A stretch of 64,000 bases of DNA, taken from the NCBI RefSeq assembly GCF_001194135.2, contig NC_068981.1, positions 35,797,757 to 35,861,756 of the forward strand. The letters are read 5' to 3'. This document shows positions 1 to 11,971 of the stretch, piece after piece. Made by a program: the position numbers and the translations under genes. Within the stretch, counting starts at the first letter, position 1. The number at the start of each line of letters is the position of its first letter. Below the pieces are notes generated by a model. The model did not search any database. It was given only the letters and a program-made list of their open reading frames with translations, and was not told the DNA's origin. The stretch comes from Octopus bimaculoides. Its lineage: Eukaryota.

Positions 1-179
1 TTATTTTGATCTTACTCTGTGTTTGATAAAGTTACTTGCTGGTTCACACCAATTTCCCTAGGGCAAGTGAAGGTTAGGAGATTTAGAGGTTTAGATATAA
101 TTGAAAGCTTGAGGAGGGAAAGTGGGAAGGGTAGTACAGAAATGCATTTATATAATGCAGCACGACACAAACATTTAAT

Positions 180-725
180 TTAATTTGACAGGGATTTTCT
201 AAGGATATTAGTGGTACTTGTTAACGCAATCATTTGGATTTCTTTGAGATATAGTTCTCCTGAGATGTTATCTAGATGTTTCCGGCATCCCTTTTTTATC
301 ATACCAAGGATGCCTACAATAATAGGAACAGTTTTCACTTTAAGATGCCATATCTTGTGTAATTCTATTTCCAGGCTTTTGTATTTACTAAGCTTGTCAA
401 ATTCTATGACAGATATATTATACTTTTCCAGGTGTAATAACTTAGGAATATTAACATGCGTGCACCCACATTTTTCATTATAATATTATTATGAGTGGGG
501 ATACTTATATCTATTAGTTTACAAGTATTTTCTTTCCTGTCTTTAATGATTATGTCTTGTTGATCAGCCTGTATTGTTCTGTCACTGTTGACAGACAAAT
601 CCCAGAGGGTAGTGACATTTTTATCTTGGACCACTAGCTCATGATGGTGTTCAAACCAGTTAACAGGCATGTCAGTTTGGTAGAGCTTATATATTTTCCA
701 TTGTAAGTATTCATGATAGGGTAAA
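180..725 (-). mobile_element. 3' fragment of a non-LTR retrotransposon with restriction-like endonuclease (R4/Dong-like), decayed
   Basis: Minus-strand translation HEYLQWKIYKLY...TLWDLSVNSDRTIQADQQDIIIKDRKENTCKLIDISIP, then after a frameshift SLEIELHKIWHLKVKTVPIIVGILGMIKKG...IALTSTTNILRKSLSN*. This matches the PD-(D/E)xK RLE C-terminus of R4-clade elements. Confidence 0.8.
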
Positions 726-771
726 ACAATCTTCTTCTTCTTATTCTTCATCTTATTATTATTATTATTAT

Positions 772-982
772 GAAGGCGGAGAGCTGGCAGAATCGTTAGC
801 ACTCTGGACGGAATGCTTAGCGATACTTTGCCCATCGCTGTGTTCTGAGTTCAAACTCCACCGAGGTTGACTTTGCCTTTCACCCTTCCGGGTTGATAAA
901 TTAAGTACCAGTCAAGTACTGCGGTCGATGTAATCAACTTTCCCCTCCCCCAAAATTTCAGGCCCTTGTGCTTATAGTAGAA

Positions 983-1030
<48 letters not shown>

Positions 1031-1050
1031 GTTATTATTATCATCATCAT
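772..1050 (+). mobile_element. tRNA-derived SINE (octopus OR-type) with (ATT)n tail
   Basis: Head gaaggcggagagctggcagaatcgttagc (A-box-like) and gagttcaaactcc (B-box-like), body ending gtgcttatagtagaa, then (ATT)n at about 984-1041. Confidence 0.8.
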
Positions 1051-1097
1051 CAAAATTGCTAAACTTTGAAACAATTATGTAAAACACTATTCTGTGC

Positions 1098-1310
1098 AAT
1101 CTATATATATAAAACACAGGATGTGTGTCTGTCTGCATGTTTGTCATGTTGTTAAAACATGAAATCCACCTACCCGATTTTAATGAAATTTTACACATGC
1201 ATTTCATAGGGTCCATGGAGTGTCAATGGCTAAAAAAATTTTCAACTTCTTGCCTAATGCGGGCCCAGGGGCAGATAAGCTGCATTTTAAAAGCATTTTT
1301 GCAGTATTAA
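1098..1310. repeat. Putative non-autonomous Helitron-like interspersed repeat
   Basis: Begins a|tctatatatataaaa followed by a tgtctgtctg microsatellite and ccgattttaatgaaatttt, an architecture typical of non-autonomous Helitron/HINE-like elements. The 3' CTRR end is not clearly seen. Confidence 0.35.
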
Positions 1311-2824
1311 GGACCCCAACTTGAAGAGTATCCAGTTACTTTCCTGCAACACACATTAATCAGGCTTCTCAAATTGCTGTTGACTAAAAAAAATTTCAAA
1401 CGCTGACTATAGGCCCCCCCAAAAAATGAAGATTAATCAGATTTGAGTATACTGCACTGGGTTTTATCTTTGGTTTAGGCCATTTTCCAACGATAAAATA
1501 TTGACACTACTTATGCATGATAAGTAGTGTATAATATTTCATGAAAACCTTTTTGTCCAATTTGGCAGAGGAAATGAGGACATTAAAACTTTTGTTGGTG
1601 CCCTGTTGATGCTTCATGTTACCATCCCACACACCACCGGACCATGTGCATGTGTGTGCAGCTGGGTCAAGGCACAACATTCTCCAGAAGTACTCTGTTG
1701 ATGTTTCACGTTTCCAATCCTGCGCAATGCATCATGGCCTGGCAGCATGTCTGCTTTCTATGTCAACCATATCTGAACTATATAATGCAAAATGTTCATA
1801 CAAAAACACAAACTGCTAACTTTTGTGACTCACAGCTATTCGAGTTTGACTGCGTAACCACTTCCGGAAGCTACACTTGCCACCTACACTTTCCACTTTA
1901 CTAGATTAACAAATATGCATTCCCATCATCAGCTGCCAAACAGATATCACTGTGGTTTTGACATCTGGGCAGTACCATTCAATCCAACAGTGTCAACGAC
2001 ATTAAAAACATAAATGTTGCCTGGAAATCAGTAGTAATCAGCAGGAGTGAAGCATAAGCATAGTATGTCCATTACATCAACACCTGCTTGTTACTACAAG
2101 AAACACAATCAGTATAAACAATGAATATTAACTGATAGTTACAAAACAGTATCTATACAACAAAGAACTTACTTTGAAAAAGGACATCATGATCCTAAAA
2201 GTTACAAAACAAAACTATTCAACTTCTGATACTTGATATAATAACACCAACTCAGGAACGGCAAACCAACAACTTAAAACATATAGACCATACAATGAAC
2301 ATAGAGAACTCTATATGTATATGCATTGTTTATCAATCTATATCATAAGACAAACATGATAATAACTAGAGGAATAGTTTATTTTATAACCAAAGTTTTC
2401 AAACAATGTACCAGGAAAGACAAGCATAGATTAATATTTATGAAATATGTTCTGTATTATAAAATAAAATAACTGAATAAATTGCTACTTAAAAGTAAAA
2501 TAAAGGTAAAAAGTATTAAAATAAAATAAATAAATAAGAATGAAGTTAGAATTGAACTAAATTAAAAATGATTTATATATAAAAGAATTAATTTAAACCC
2601 AATAAAGATAGGGCAAAAACTACTTAACTAAAACAAATAACTAATAACATGTCCTACCTACAAAGAGTCTAAATAATCCATTATTAATTAAATGGCCCAT
2701 GTGCTTGTTACCTAGGAACAACTCAAACTAAATCTAAATTATAGAATAAATGGATATACATATGGAGTTTAAATCAAGATATACACCTTGGAACTATAAA
2801 CATTGAAAACTACTAAGACAAATA

Positions 2825-4343
2825 CACTGAACCACAAAAGAAATGCAATTTTTTTAAGTGTCATTTTTAACTGATAAATTCTGAAAATTTATTTCGGGGA
2901 TGTATTTGTAAATATTCCAAGACATGCGGGTTTATGGCTGAGACCCAAATTGCAGGTAACCTTTCAACTTTTCCTGAAACAAGACACCAAAACACAGCTG
3001 TGTTGAATGCAATGGATGGCAGTCGCAAACAATTATCATGGAAACTGAAATGCACTTTCATCTCATGGAGGTTATGGGTATCAAAATCAACTTGAACGGC
3101 ATTCATAATTTGGACACATCAAATATGACCTAATTTTCAGCAGTGTAGAGAGAACAAACTATCAGCTGATTGCAAGCAGGGCAGTGTGTCCTGGTTGTTG
3201 CGAAAACTTACAATGTTCATGTCAGCACCATCTATGACCTGCAACAGCAATACAACAACACCAACAGCACTGCAGACCATGCCCGCAGAGGGCACCCCCA
3301 GTTGACCACACGTAGGCAGGACTGCTTCATCCACTTGCAACACCTCCATGATTGCTTCAGACTGGCCAGCGTGGCAGCTCACAAGACCCTTGACACTGGA
3401 CAGCGACCCATCAGTGATGACACGGTATGACATTGACTGGCTGCCAACAACCTGTGTTGCCATCATCTTGCTTGAGTGCCTGTTTTCACCACCCGCCACT
3501 GTCAGGCATGACTACAGTGGGCTACACAGCACCGACATCGGCAGCATTAACAATGGAGGTCGATAGTCTTCTCTGAAGAGAGCCAATGCTGCATTTCCAC
3601 CTTGGATGGCAAAGTGAGGGTGTGATGCAGGAGGGGTGAACGCTACAAAGGTGCATGTGTCATGGAGAGAGATGTGTAGGGTGGCCAAAGCATCATCGTT
3701 TGAGGTGCTATTGGCCTGAATCAGAGAACTAGGCCCCATATGTTCCAAAATGTTGGTGCAGGCAGAGATAATGGTATCACAGCACAGCACGACATTGACC
3801 AGATACCAAGACCTCACATTGTGCCTTTCTTCACATGTCACCATAGCCACGTGTTCCAGCAGTACAGTGCTCCCTCCCACACAGCCAGGGTCACCCTAGA
3901 CTTCCTGCATCAACACAACATCAGAACCATGACGTGGCTGGCTCTCAGCCTAAATTTGAACCCAATTGTACACCTGTAGGATGAAATCCAGAGACATCTG
4001 AACCAGGTGGTCCCAAGGCCAACAACTCATGTGGAACTGGAGGTAGCCTTCCTCAGGGTGCCAATGGCTTTTGTGAACTACCTCAAGCACTCCATTTACC
4101 GATGGTGTATGACCGTTTTGAACACATAAGGAGGGTATACATAGTATTAGACATGTCACACCCTACAATCTTGATGTGCTGGATCCGCCCACTATCAGAA
4201 CACATGACAACAACCCGTAGACTGTGGTCAAGGTGCATCCAAGAAATTGACTTTATCAGATTTATAAAAAATTTATCTCTGACATAATGAAATTAAAATA
4301 TATTTCAGTCACACACATCTTGTGTTTCTTTTGCAGTTCAGTG
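2825..4343 (+). mobile_element. Full-length decayed Tc1-family DNA transposon with both TIRs and TA TSDs
   Basis: Left TA|cactgaaccacaaaagaaa (TA 2823-2824) and right tttcttttgcagttcagtg|TA (TA 4344-4345) are inverted copies with 2 mismatches in 19 nt. An internal transposase remnant is present. Confidence 0.9.
3125..4149 (+). pseudogene. Tc1 transposase pseudogene (DD34E spacing, catalytic triad mutated)
   Basis: HTH region LQAGQCVLVVAKTYNVHVSTIYDLQQQYNNTNSTADHARRGHPQLTTRRQD; WRSIVFSEES (first D now E); FQQYSAPSHTAR (second D now Y); LNPIVHL (E now V) with 34 codons between the last two; ends GYT*Y*. Multiple stops and frameshifts. Confidence 0.88.
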
Positions 4344-4491
4344 TATACCCAAACAAAATTATTCTACATATAGCAAAGCACCACATGCTGTGGAGAAATG
4401 AACAAAAACCATACTTACATCTAACCTCTTGCTTCCAAAAGACCAAACATGTATACAACGATACATGCATGCTTGCATGCATGCATGAATG

Positions 4492-4673
4492 CATACATAC
4501 CTGCATACATACATACATACATACATACATACATACATACATACAAGCAAAAATACCCTGTTATTGATGTTAAAATTCCAATGAAGGATCTAGGTTAGAA
4601 ACTGACACTTTCTCTATTGGCAAGAACTCTTGAAATAAAACTGAACAATAACATACATACATACATACATACA

Positions 4674-4702
<29 letters not shown>
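4492..4702. repeat. Two (CATA)n microsatellites (about 4492-4543 and 4651-4702)
   Basis: Tandem CATA units seen directly. Confidence 0.95.
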
Positions 4703-4706
<4 letters not shown>

Positions 4707-6649
4707 CATGGTGTTGAATACAAACATGTCAGCATAGAGGACTATTTGTTCCCCTGGATAATGAATACTATCCTCTATAATTTTTTCCCTCAATGCAAAA
4801 CCATGCAAAAGAAATGGTAATCTTTGAGTAAATGCAAAGAAACAACCTTTTTTGAAAAGATTGTAGCAGTAATCAAACAGTGAAATACATACCAAGTGGA
4901 AAAATTACTATACATACACAGGGCAATGAAAAAACCTGTAGTAAGCTATTGCAGATTGTGGAACTATTGGGAAAAATCCCAGTGGACTTTTGATCTGAAC
5001 CAAGACCTATACCAGTTCCACAGAAAGGATAGGGAAGATCCTTCAACAGGCTACATGGAGAAACTTAAAGAATACTGGGATAAGTAATACCCAACGTTCT
5101 CAAATTTTCCATCCATCCAGCCATCCATCCACTCACCTACCCACCCAAAACCCATCCCACCCTGTATAAAACTTCAAAAATAAATTTGTAACTCATATCT
5201 CTCACACCAAGCACCTTTCTATAGATCCTTTGTCATCATAATCCACACCTCACCCTCTTCATATTTGATTCACTATAATCATCTCCTCATGTACTTTCAG
5301 TATTTCTGCTTTTAACCTATTCATTTCTTTTTCAATTTTACCAAATTTTATATAACATTTCTATTTTATCAAAGGTCCTTTGTCTGAATGTTGATTTTTT
5401 GTATACTACTCATGACACTAAAACTCACCAATTATCAAGGTTTAGTGAACCTCTTGACTTGATCTATTTCTCCACCGTTTCGATGGTGATGAGTGTATTA
5501 AATTAAAACTGATTGTATGTTTAAAATAAAAAAAATACCATATCACTCCAGTCATGAAAGTATCAAAATGATATTGATATCCGTGACAAACTTTGTGTTC
5601 TAATAAAGATACACCCTTTATTATACCCATGCTTCTTTTGTGAGTTAGCTGAAGAGGTCCTATAATTACATTTGAGGTCATCTCTAGATGACTGAAATAT
5701 GAAGAACCAATCAATATAATAAATGTCATAAGATAAATAACTGAACTAATTTCCTTTAAAAAACAGCCTAAGATCCAAGATCTAAACAATTGAAGGTTTT
5801 TGGCATGTTATTCAATAAATGTTTATAAAATATTAACTCTAATATTCTGTTTAAACTGTTTTTACTTTATTGGCAACAGAATTAAGTTAATTTGTTCTGC
5901 ATGTCCAAACAAGGCCATTTAAATTGGTTCCATTACAGTTGTATTTAACATCACAATGATCTATTAACTCTAAGATTTCTTCAGGCAGTCACATATATAA
6001 ACAACAAACAAACCGTACTAACATCAGTTATTCAATCACATAAATTCACATCCTGTATGATTATCCAATTTAACAGTACTGGAGTAATCTTCCAGCATTT
6101 CTGGCATCAATTAATATTTCCAATTCAAGTCTCCTCTATCATATTCTTTATTTCATCATATTCATAAAACTGTTTTCTAATAGTCTTTTGTTACACTATT
6201 AATGTGGGATATTAGAAAAGCAAAAAAATAATAAAGTTAAAATTCTTCATGGACTGTTTTTATATCCTTGTGGTAATGTTTGTTCTGTAGATATTTTAAC
6301 ATTATTTTGTATTTATAGAAAAATGCAACAGAAATTTATTTGAAAATAGATACTATATAAACCATACATATTACTATTTTGGATCAACAGTTGAGATTTT
6401 AAATGCTGTATTTATTCTATCTCTGGCAGTTAGTATAGTTATTGCTGGAAAATTTATCTGTGCTTCTAACCATGGGATATATCCAAAAGTATGGAAGCAA
6501 GTCTGAATGATTGGCAGAGAAAGCACAAAGCAAAGGGGGAGAAAAGGTAACTGAATCAAGCAATAATACGCCTAAAAGTATGATCTTTAGGATGATTTAA
6601 ATATGATCTAAAATAAATAAAGAAGAAATGAATATATGATTCTGCTAGT

Positions 6650-8900
6650 CAGAACAATATGGCCAAGCACAGAAGAATCATCTTGCAGCTGAGACCTCAG
6701 AGCAAAGAAACAGGAGAGTAAGACAGTTTTATCTCAGATACAGTAAAACCATCTTGCAGCTGACACTTGAAACTCGAAAGGAAAGAAAACTAACATTACA
6801 AGGCCAAGTATATTTGCAACTGAGTCAGAACTAAGCCTAACATCAAGGCAAATCCAAGCAGCTCAAACCTGCAAAAGAAATAGTTCCACCAAGTCAGTAA
6901 AGCAAAGGAATAGAAGAACTACTATTCAGAAAAAAAGACACAGAACTAATGGAGGAAAGGTAATGAATACTGTTGATTATATCTCAAGGAGCTGAATGGT
7001 TTGTCTGTGCTACCTTGACGTGATTCAGAGACTTCTTTGCCTTTGTCCTCCCTACAAAACTTATTGATGGCAACTGAACTAAAATGTTGATGCTGTTGTG
7101 AAGGAAAGATGAAGCTTGTTCCAGTCTCCTTCCCCTGCTTGAACAGGAAAGAGTATTTTGAGCAATATTTGCAGAGATCAGAACTCTAGGATTCTGGGGA
7201 AAAATTATGTCACATGATCAGATCACTACTTCCAAGTGATGGTTCCTTAAAGTTTGCTCAACTCTACTTCTATGACACAGATCATATACTTCAGAATTGT
7301 TTACATCATGCAAATCTAAATATTACCATCTTGCAGGATTTTCAAAAGGTACACATGACTATAACATACATAAAGAGCTTCAAAACTCATCAGTTTTGCA
7401 TTCTGAATGACTATTTTCTTAAGGAGGCAATGAATTTCATGTTAGTTTGGAAACCATTGATAACTGCACACTTTCGCCAGCTGAGAGTTATTGACTTTAC
7501 TGTCAATAATATGATTTTAACAATGTTATGAAAAGCAGTCAACTCATGTAACAATATGCTGTAGATGCTCAAACTCAAAGGAATCATGCTATGAGTAGAA
7601 AAATATGGTTGCATGATCCAATGGCTAAAGAAGATGGAGATGAATATGGAGTAATGTAGGTTGAAAATTTCTTCTCTCTCTTTCAATCTATGTTTCCCCT
7701 TTTTTGCTACAAAGAGTGTTTTCAGAATTCGATGACTGGGTCACCACAAAAGAAATTGACTTATCTCATTACAGTAGCAACTCTGCTTAAATGGGATGAA
7801 TTAAAGAAAAGAACACTGGTGAAGAGTCCTGAGATTGTCCTGAATGTTGTGTAAATCTTCAAGATCAAGTGTAACATCATTGTACATGACTTCATGTAAA
7901 GGAACATTCAAGGAAAAGTTGTCACTAATTTTACTTTTATTGGATAGAAGAAATGAGGCCTCAATCTTACTCATATTCTACTAATAATGAGTGAATGTAG
8001 TGAACCCCAAATAGCAGATGCTATGTACCATGAAATCTTTAATAAAGGATCAATGCAAAGATGCAAAAGATCCTCACGTCTGGCAAAATTTGTAGCCACA
8101 CAGTCAACTTAATATGCTAGTATGTTGATTTCAAATATGAAGGGGACAGAACAATGTGTAAAAACTTACACAAAACTACTGTAAAAACAGCAATTCTGAC
8201 TGAATATTGTTTTCCTGGGAGTATAAGAAAGGATTTCAAGCATGGTGTCTTCGTCAATCATGCATTGAAATCAATTGTATACAACTGTTGGTTTGTTCTT
8301 TTCAACCCTTTCCTATTACTGAGATATTAGTACCACATCATCAGTGAAGTTGTCCAGAGTCTAAGCTTTAAAGTACCAGTATAAAAATATCATCAAGATA
8401 CAGAAAAATATATTCACAATCAAGGGTAACCAAGAAATTACGTTCATGTCCAACAAGAGATCAAGACTTACAAAAGTATGCTACATCTCAGTAAGTGAAT
8501 CATTTTGGAGGATTTATAAATTTTCACTACAAGATCAAAAGTCAGTAGTTGAAGCATACTTACAATATGCCATGGCATGATTGAAACCATTTTGTCTCAC
8601 TAACATAGAATTCCTCATTCCAAGTGCAAGATTTCTTTCAATACCATTATCATTACAAAATCAACCTGCAGCTTCACAAAAAAAGCAAAAACTGGTGTAA
8701 TAAGTTGATTTGTTTATCATTGATGACAATGTGTATGTTATGATAAGAGCTTGGAAAGAAGTACAAGGTTGTAACAAGGCATTTAAAAGTCTGGTGAAAG
8801 GGAGTAAATTCTAGTTGTATTTTTAAAGTGTTTGAGAAAGTTACAGTGTAAAGCTGCAATAGATAACTAATATTACAATGATTATAAAGAATTATTTAGA
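6650..8900 (+). mobile_element. Decayed autonomous Helitron (Rep region remnant)
   Basis: N-terminal repeats HLAAETSEQRNRR (about 6675-6830); CC.EGKMKL (about 7090); IRSLLPSDGSLKFAQLYFYDTD (7214+); QYAVDA (about 7550); GKVVTNFTFIG*KK*GLNLTHILL, a degenerate HUH motif (consensus IEWQKRGLPHAHIL) at about 7910-7985; WFVLFNPFLL (about 8290); SESFWRIYKF (about 8495). Many stops and frameshifts; helicase motifs not identified. Confidence 0.82.
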
Positions 8901-10917
8901 AACTTCAGTTTAAATCTGACTTGATTCCTAGGTAAAACAAATAAAATATACAACAGACATTTTGAATTCATAACTATGGTAAGATGTTTTAATTTCATTC
9001 AGGTATCAGTAATATAAAAATTGTTTCACTAGGTTTTTAATATGCTTAAAAAATGCACGTTCATAATTTACAATTGTTCTAGCTTGACAATTTTGAATTT
9101 TCCATTTTCCATTCACTACAATCTTTATATTATTCTCTTCTATTCCTAATTTTCATAATCAAAATTTGAAATCAAGTTGCTTTTCAAATCAGTGAAGTTC
9201 TTTGTTTGATCTTGTCTCAACCCCTCTGGGTGTTGTTTTGTTAAGTTTGTTGAATACACACAGTTGAAAGGGGTTGATTGTGTAATGGGTCATAAGTTTG
9301 TATTCCATTATGGGAGATTTTATTTTTGTTTACTTTTTAACAAGAACCTTTGTCTATCAAACTTAATGTTTCTATCAGAGCTCTCGGAATATTAAACAGA
9401 GAAACTGTTAAAAAAAAAAACTCAATGGGCACAATGTTAAACTGGCTGGATAATTAGCAAATATTTCAATAGCTTACAGTTTTCAGCCAAACTTTGGAAA
9501 AAAAAAATACATAACTTTAATCTCATCCTAGTAATTAGCTAAACTGCTGTAGCGATGAATTGGCTGCATGGATATGGGTTGGGTAACCAACTCATATAGT
9601 GTCAGTCAAAATCTGCTGTGTGTTTACTCAGGAGGCTTAACTCTCTACATGTCTAAGTTCACCAGCAACTGGGAATTAGTACCAGAATTCTAAGGCTTCT
9701 TGCTGAATGCAATGAGAAAATTAATCTAGGGTATCATTTTGTATACAAGAAAATCCTCTAAAGCAGTAAGTTGAAATTACTGTCACTGGGGGTCATTGGG
9801 ATTGTTTAAGCAGGCGTTACAACTGAAGGCCTTCTTAATGTGGAAAATACTGTTTTTTTTATTTGTAGTAAATTTCATGTGTTATTATCTTTTGCATGCT
9901 GTATCACCTCCCTCTACCTGCCATCACTTGGGTAATGTCAGAAATTTGAGAAAACTTAGGGTGAAGTTTAGAATCAAGGGGAAAAAGTGAACTGAAAATG
10001 TAAGGTAGTTACTGCTATTAAGGTTTCATTCACCAAATCCCTTGGAGAAGTCTAACTAAATGTCTTGTAGTCCTGTAAACTGCTGATTGAAAATCATAAT
10101 GATGGATCCTTGACGACCCATCTGTCCCTCCTCCAGAATCAGGATGTCACACACTGTGTACTCATCATCTTCCTATCATGCAAAGTCTACCCTCTTGAAT
10201 GGAGCAATCATATTCCATCTCCATCAGTTTACTTTCCTTTTTCCTTGAGGAAATGGATGAAGAATAAAAAAATACGATGGTCAACATTTTAAAACTAATC
10301 TCCACTGTATGATTATAATGAAACAACCAGGAAGTTGTTATTGTTGTCGTGGGTGTTCTATTGATAAATGAGGTATGAAACAAACTGCCAACTAAAATGA
10401 GGAAGGGAGAATATTAGTAAAGAGAAATACAAGATTGAGAAGGATTATCTTAAGGGGGTGGTAGAAGTAGTAAGAAAAAAATGCCAAGGAATTTGGAAAC
10501 TGGCAGCAGGAAAGGAAATCAGGCAGAATAGTAGCAAAAAAAGACAGAAATCAGTAAATATTTGTTATCTGCCCACTCCCCATAAATTTGTGTGCTAAGA
10601 TATATATTCTTTACATGGATTTGAACTGAAAACCCTTGTATTGCTAGTCAATGGCTGATGCACATTTTATAAACAACATTATTAATTAGAATGTAACTAA
10701 ACAGAATAACACACATATACATCTATATTACTTTTGTTCCTTTATTTGAGTTAGTGAAGGAAGAGTAAATGCAATTTGTATGGCGTCTTACAGTGTCAAT
10801 ATGCAGTTGATCAATAAAGGAGTTATGCAAAAGTGGAAGAAGAAAGCTAAGAAAGAAGAAAAAAATTGGTTATATAAGCAGAAATGAAAGGCAAGTCAAA
10901 CATAGAATACAACAGAA

Positions 10918-10923
<6 letters not shown>

Positions 10924-10966
<43 letters not shown>

Positions 10967-11057
10967 NNNNNNNNNNGAGAGAGAGAGAGATAGAGAAAGA
11001 GAGAGAGAGAGAGAGAGAGATAGAGAAAGAAAGATATAAAGAGAAAGAGAGAGAGAG
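10924..11057. repeat. (GA)n microsatellite with N-gap 10967-10976
   Basis: Seen directly. Confidence 0.95.
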
Positions 11058-11935
11058 AAAAATACTAGATGTGAGATGGTGGTGAGGAGTTGACAAAATT
11101 TGCAGTTGGTGTTTTTTCACCTTTCAATGAGCGGTCAAGCAAAAATTTGATTTTCTCAAAGCTTGACATATTCTGTTCAAGTCTATTTATTTCTAATTAT
11201 TCCAGTGTGAGCATTATGGTTCACAGATTAAACATGGCTCTTTATCCTGACTCTGGGAGATTATTTAGTTCTGCGCCTACATGGAGTTTATCAGAGGTTG
11301 TTTATTTGTCGTGCTTGTTTAAGTTACGAAGCTATCTGATTTGCTTGGTTAGTGTTATTACATTACTACAGAAGGCTTCCTTCAATGGCCACCAAAAAGA
11401 TAAAAATGCAAGAAAGAAAGGAGACAAGAAAGAAGAAAGCAAAGAGAAAAAAAAACTCATTATATTGAAGGTGTATTGCTCTGATTTAAAGGAGAGATTG
11501 TAAAGAGGTGAAGAACTCTTTCTTATTGCTTGGTGTATAGATCTTCAATCAATATCTTTATGAGGTATGTTTCACTGCATTGCTTATGGAATGGATAATC
11601 TATATCTCTAGTTTTGGCAATAAAAGTGGAAGCAAAATTTTATAGGTTTGAAGTTAATATTGGCAACATGATGGATGGCTGGAAAAAGAGAATTATCATG
11701 ACCAAAACTCCATTCCTGTAAGATGAGATGTAATTACTATTATACAGGGAAATTTTTCTTTAGATTGTAATCATGTTTACCTTTTTAGTTTTCTATCAAA
11801 GTAAACTAAGTATAATATCTAAACAAACACAACACATACAACATACATTTACATACTCATGCAAACAAACATGCACACATGTATTTGATATATATATNNN
11901 NNNNNNNNNNNNNNNNNNNNNNNNNNNNNNNNNNN

Positions 11936-11971
<36 letters not shown>

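Noticed and set aside
772-860. tRNA-like A/B boxes (also at 17445, 44270 and 60500)
   Set aside because: They are SINE heads with repeat bodies and tails; no intact cloverleaf seen.
11090-11503. 137-aa plus-strand ORF
   Set aside because: No recognisable domain, ends in a purine-rich low-complexity run, no splice support.
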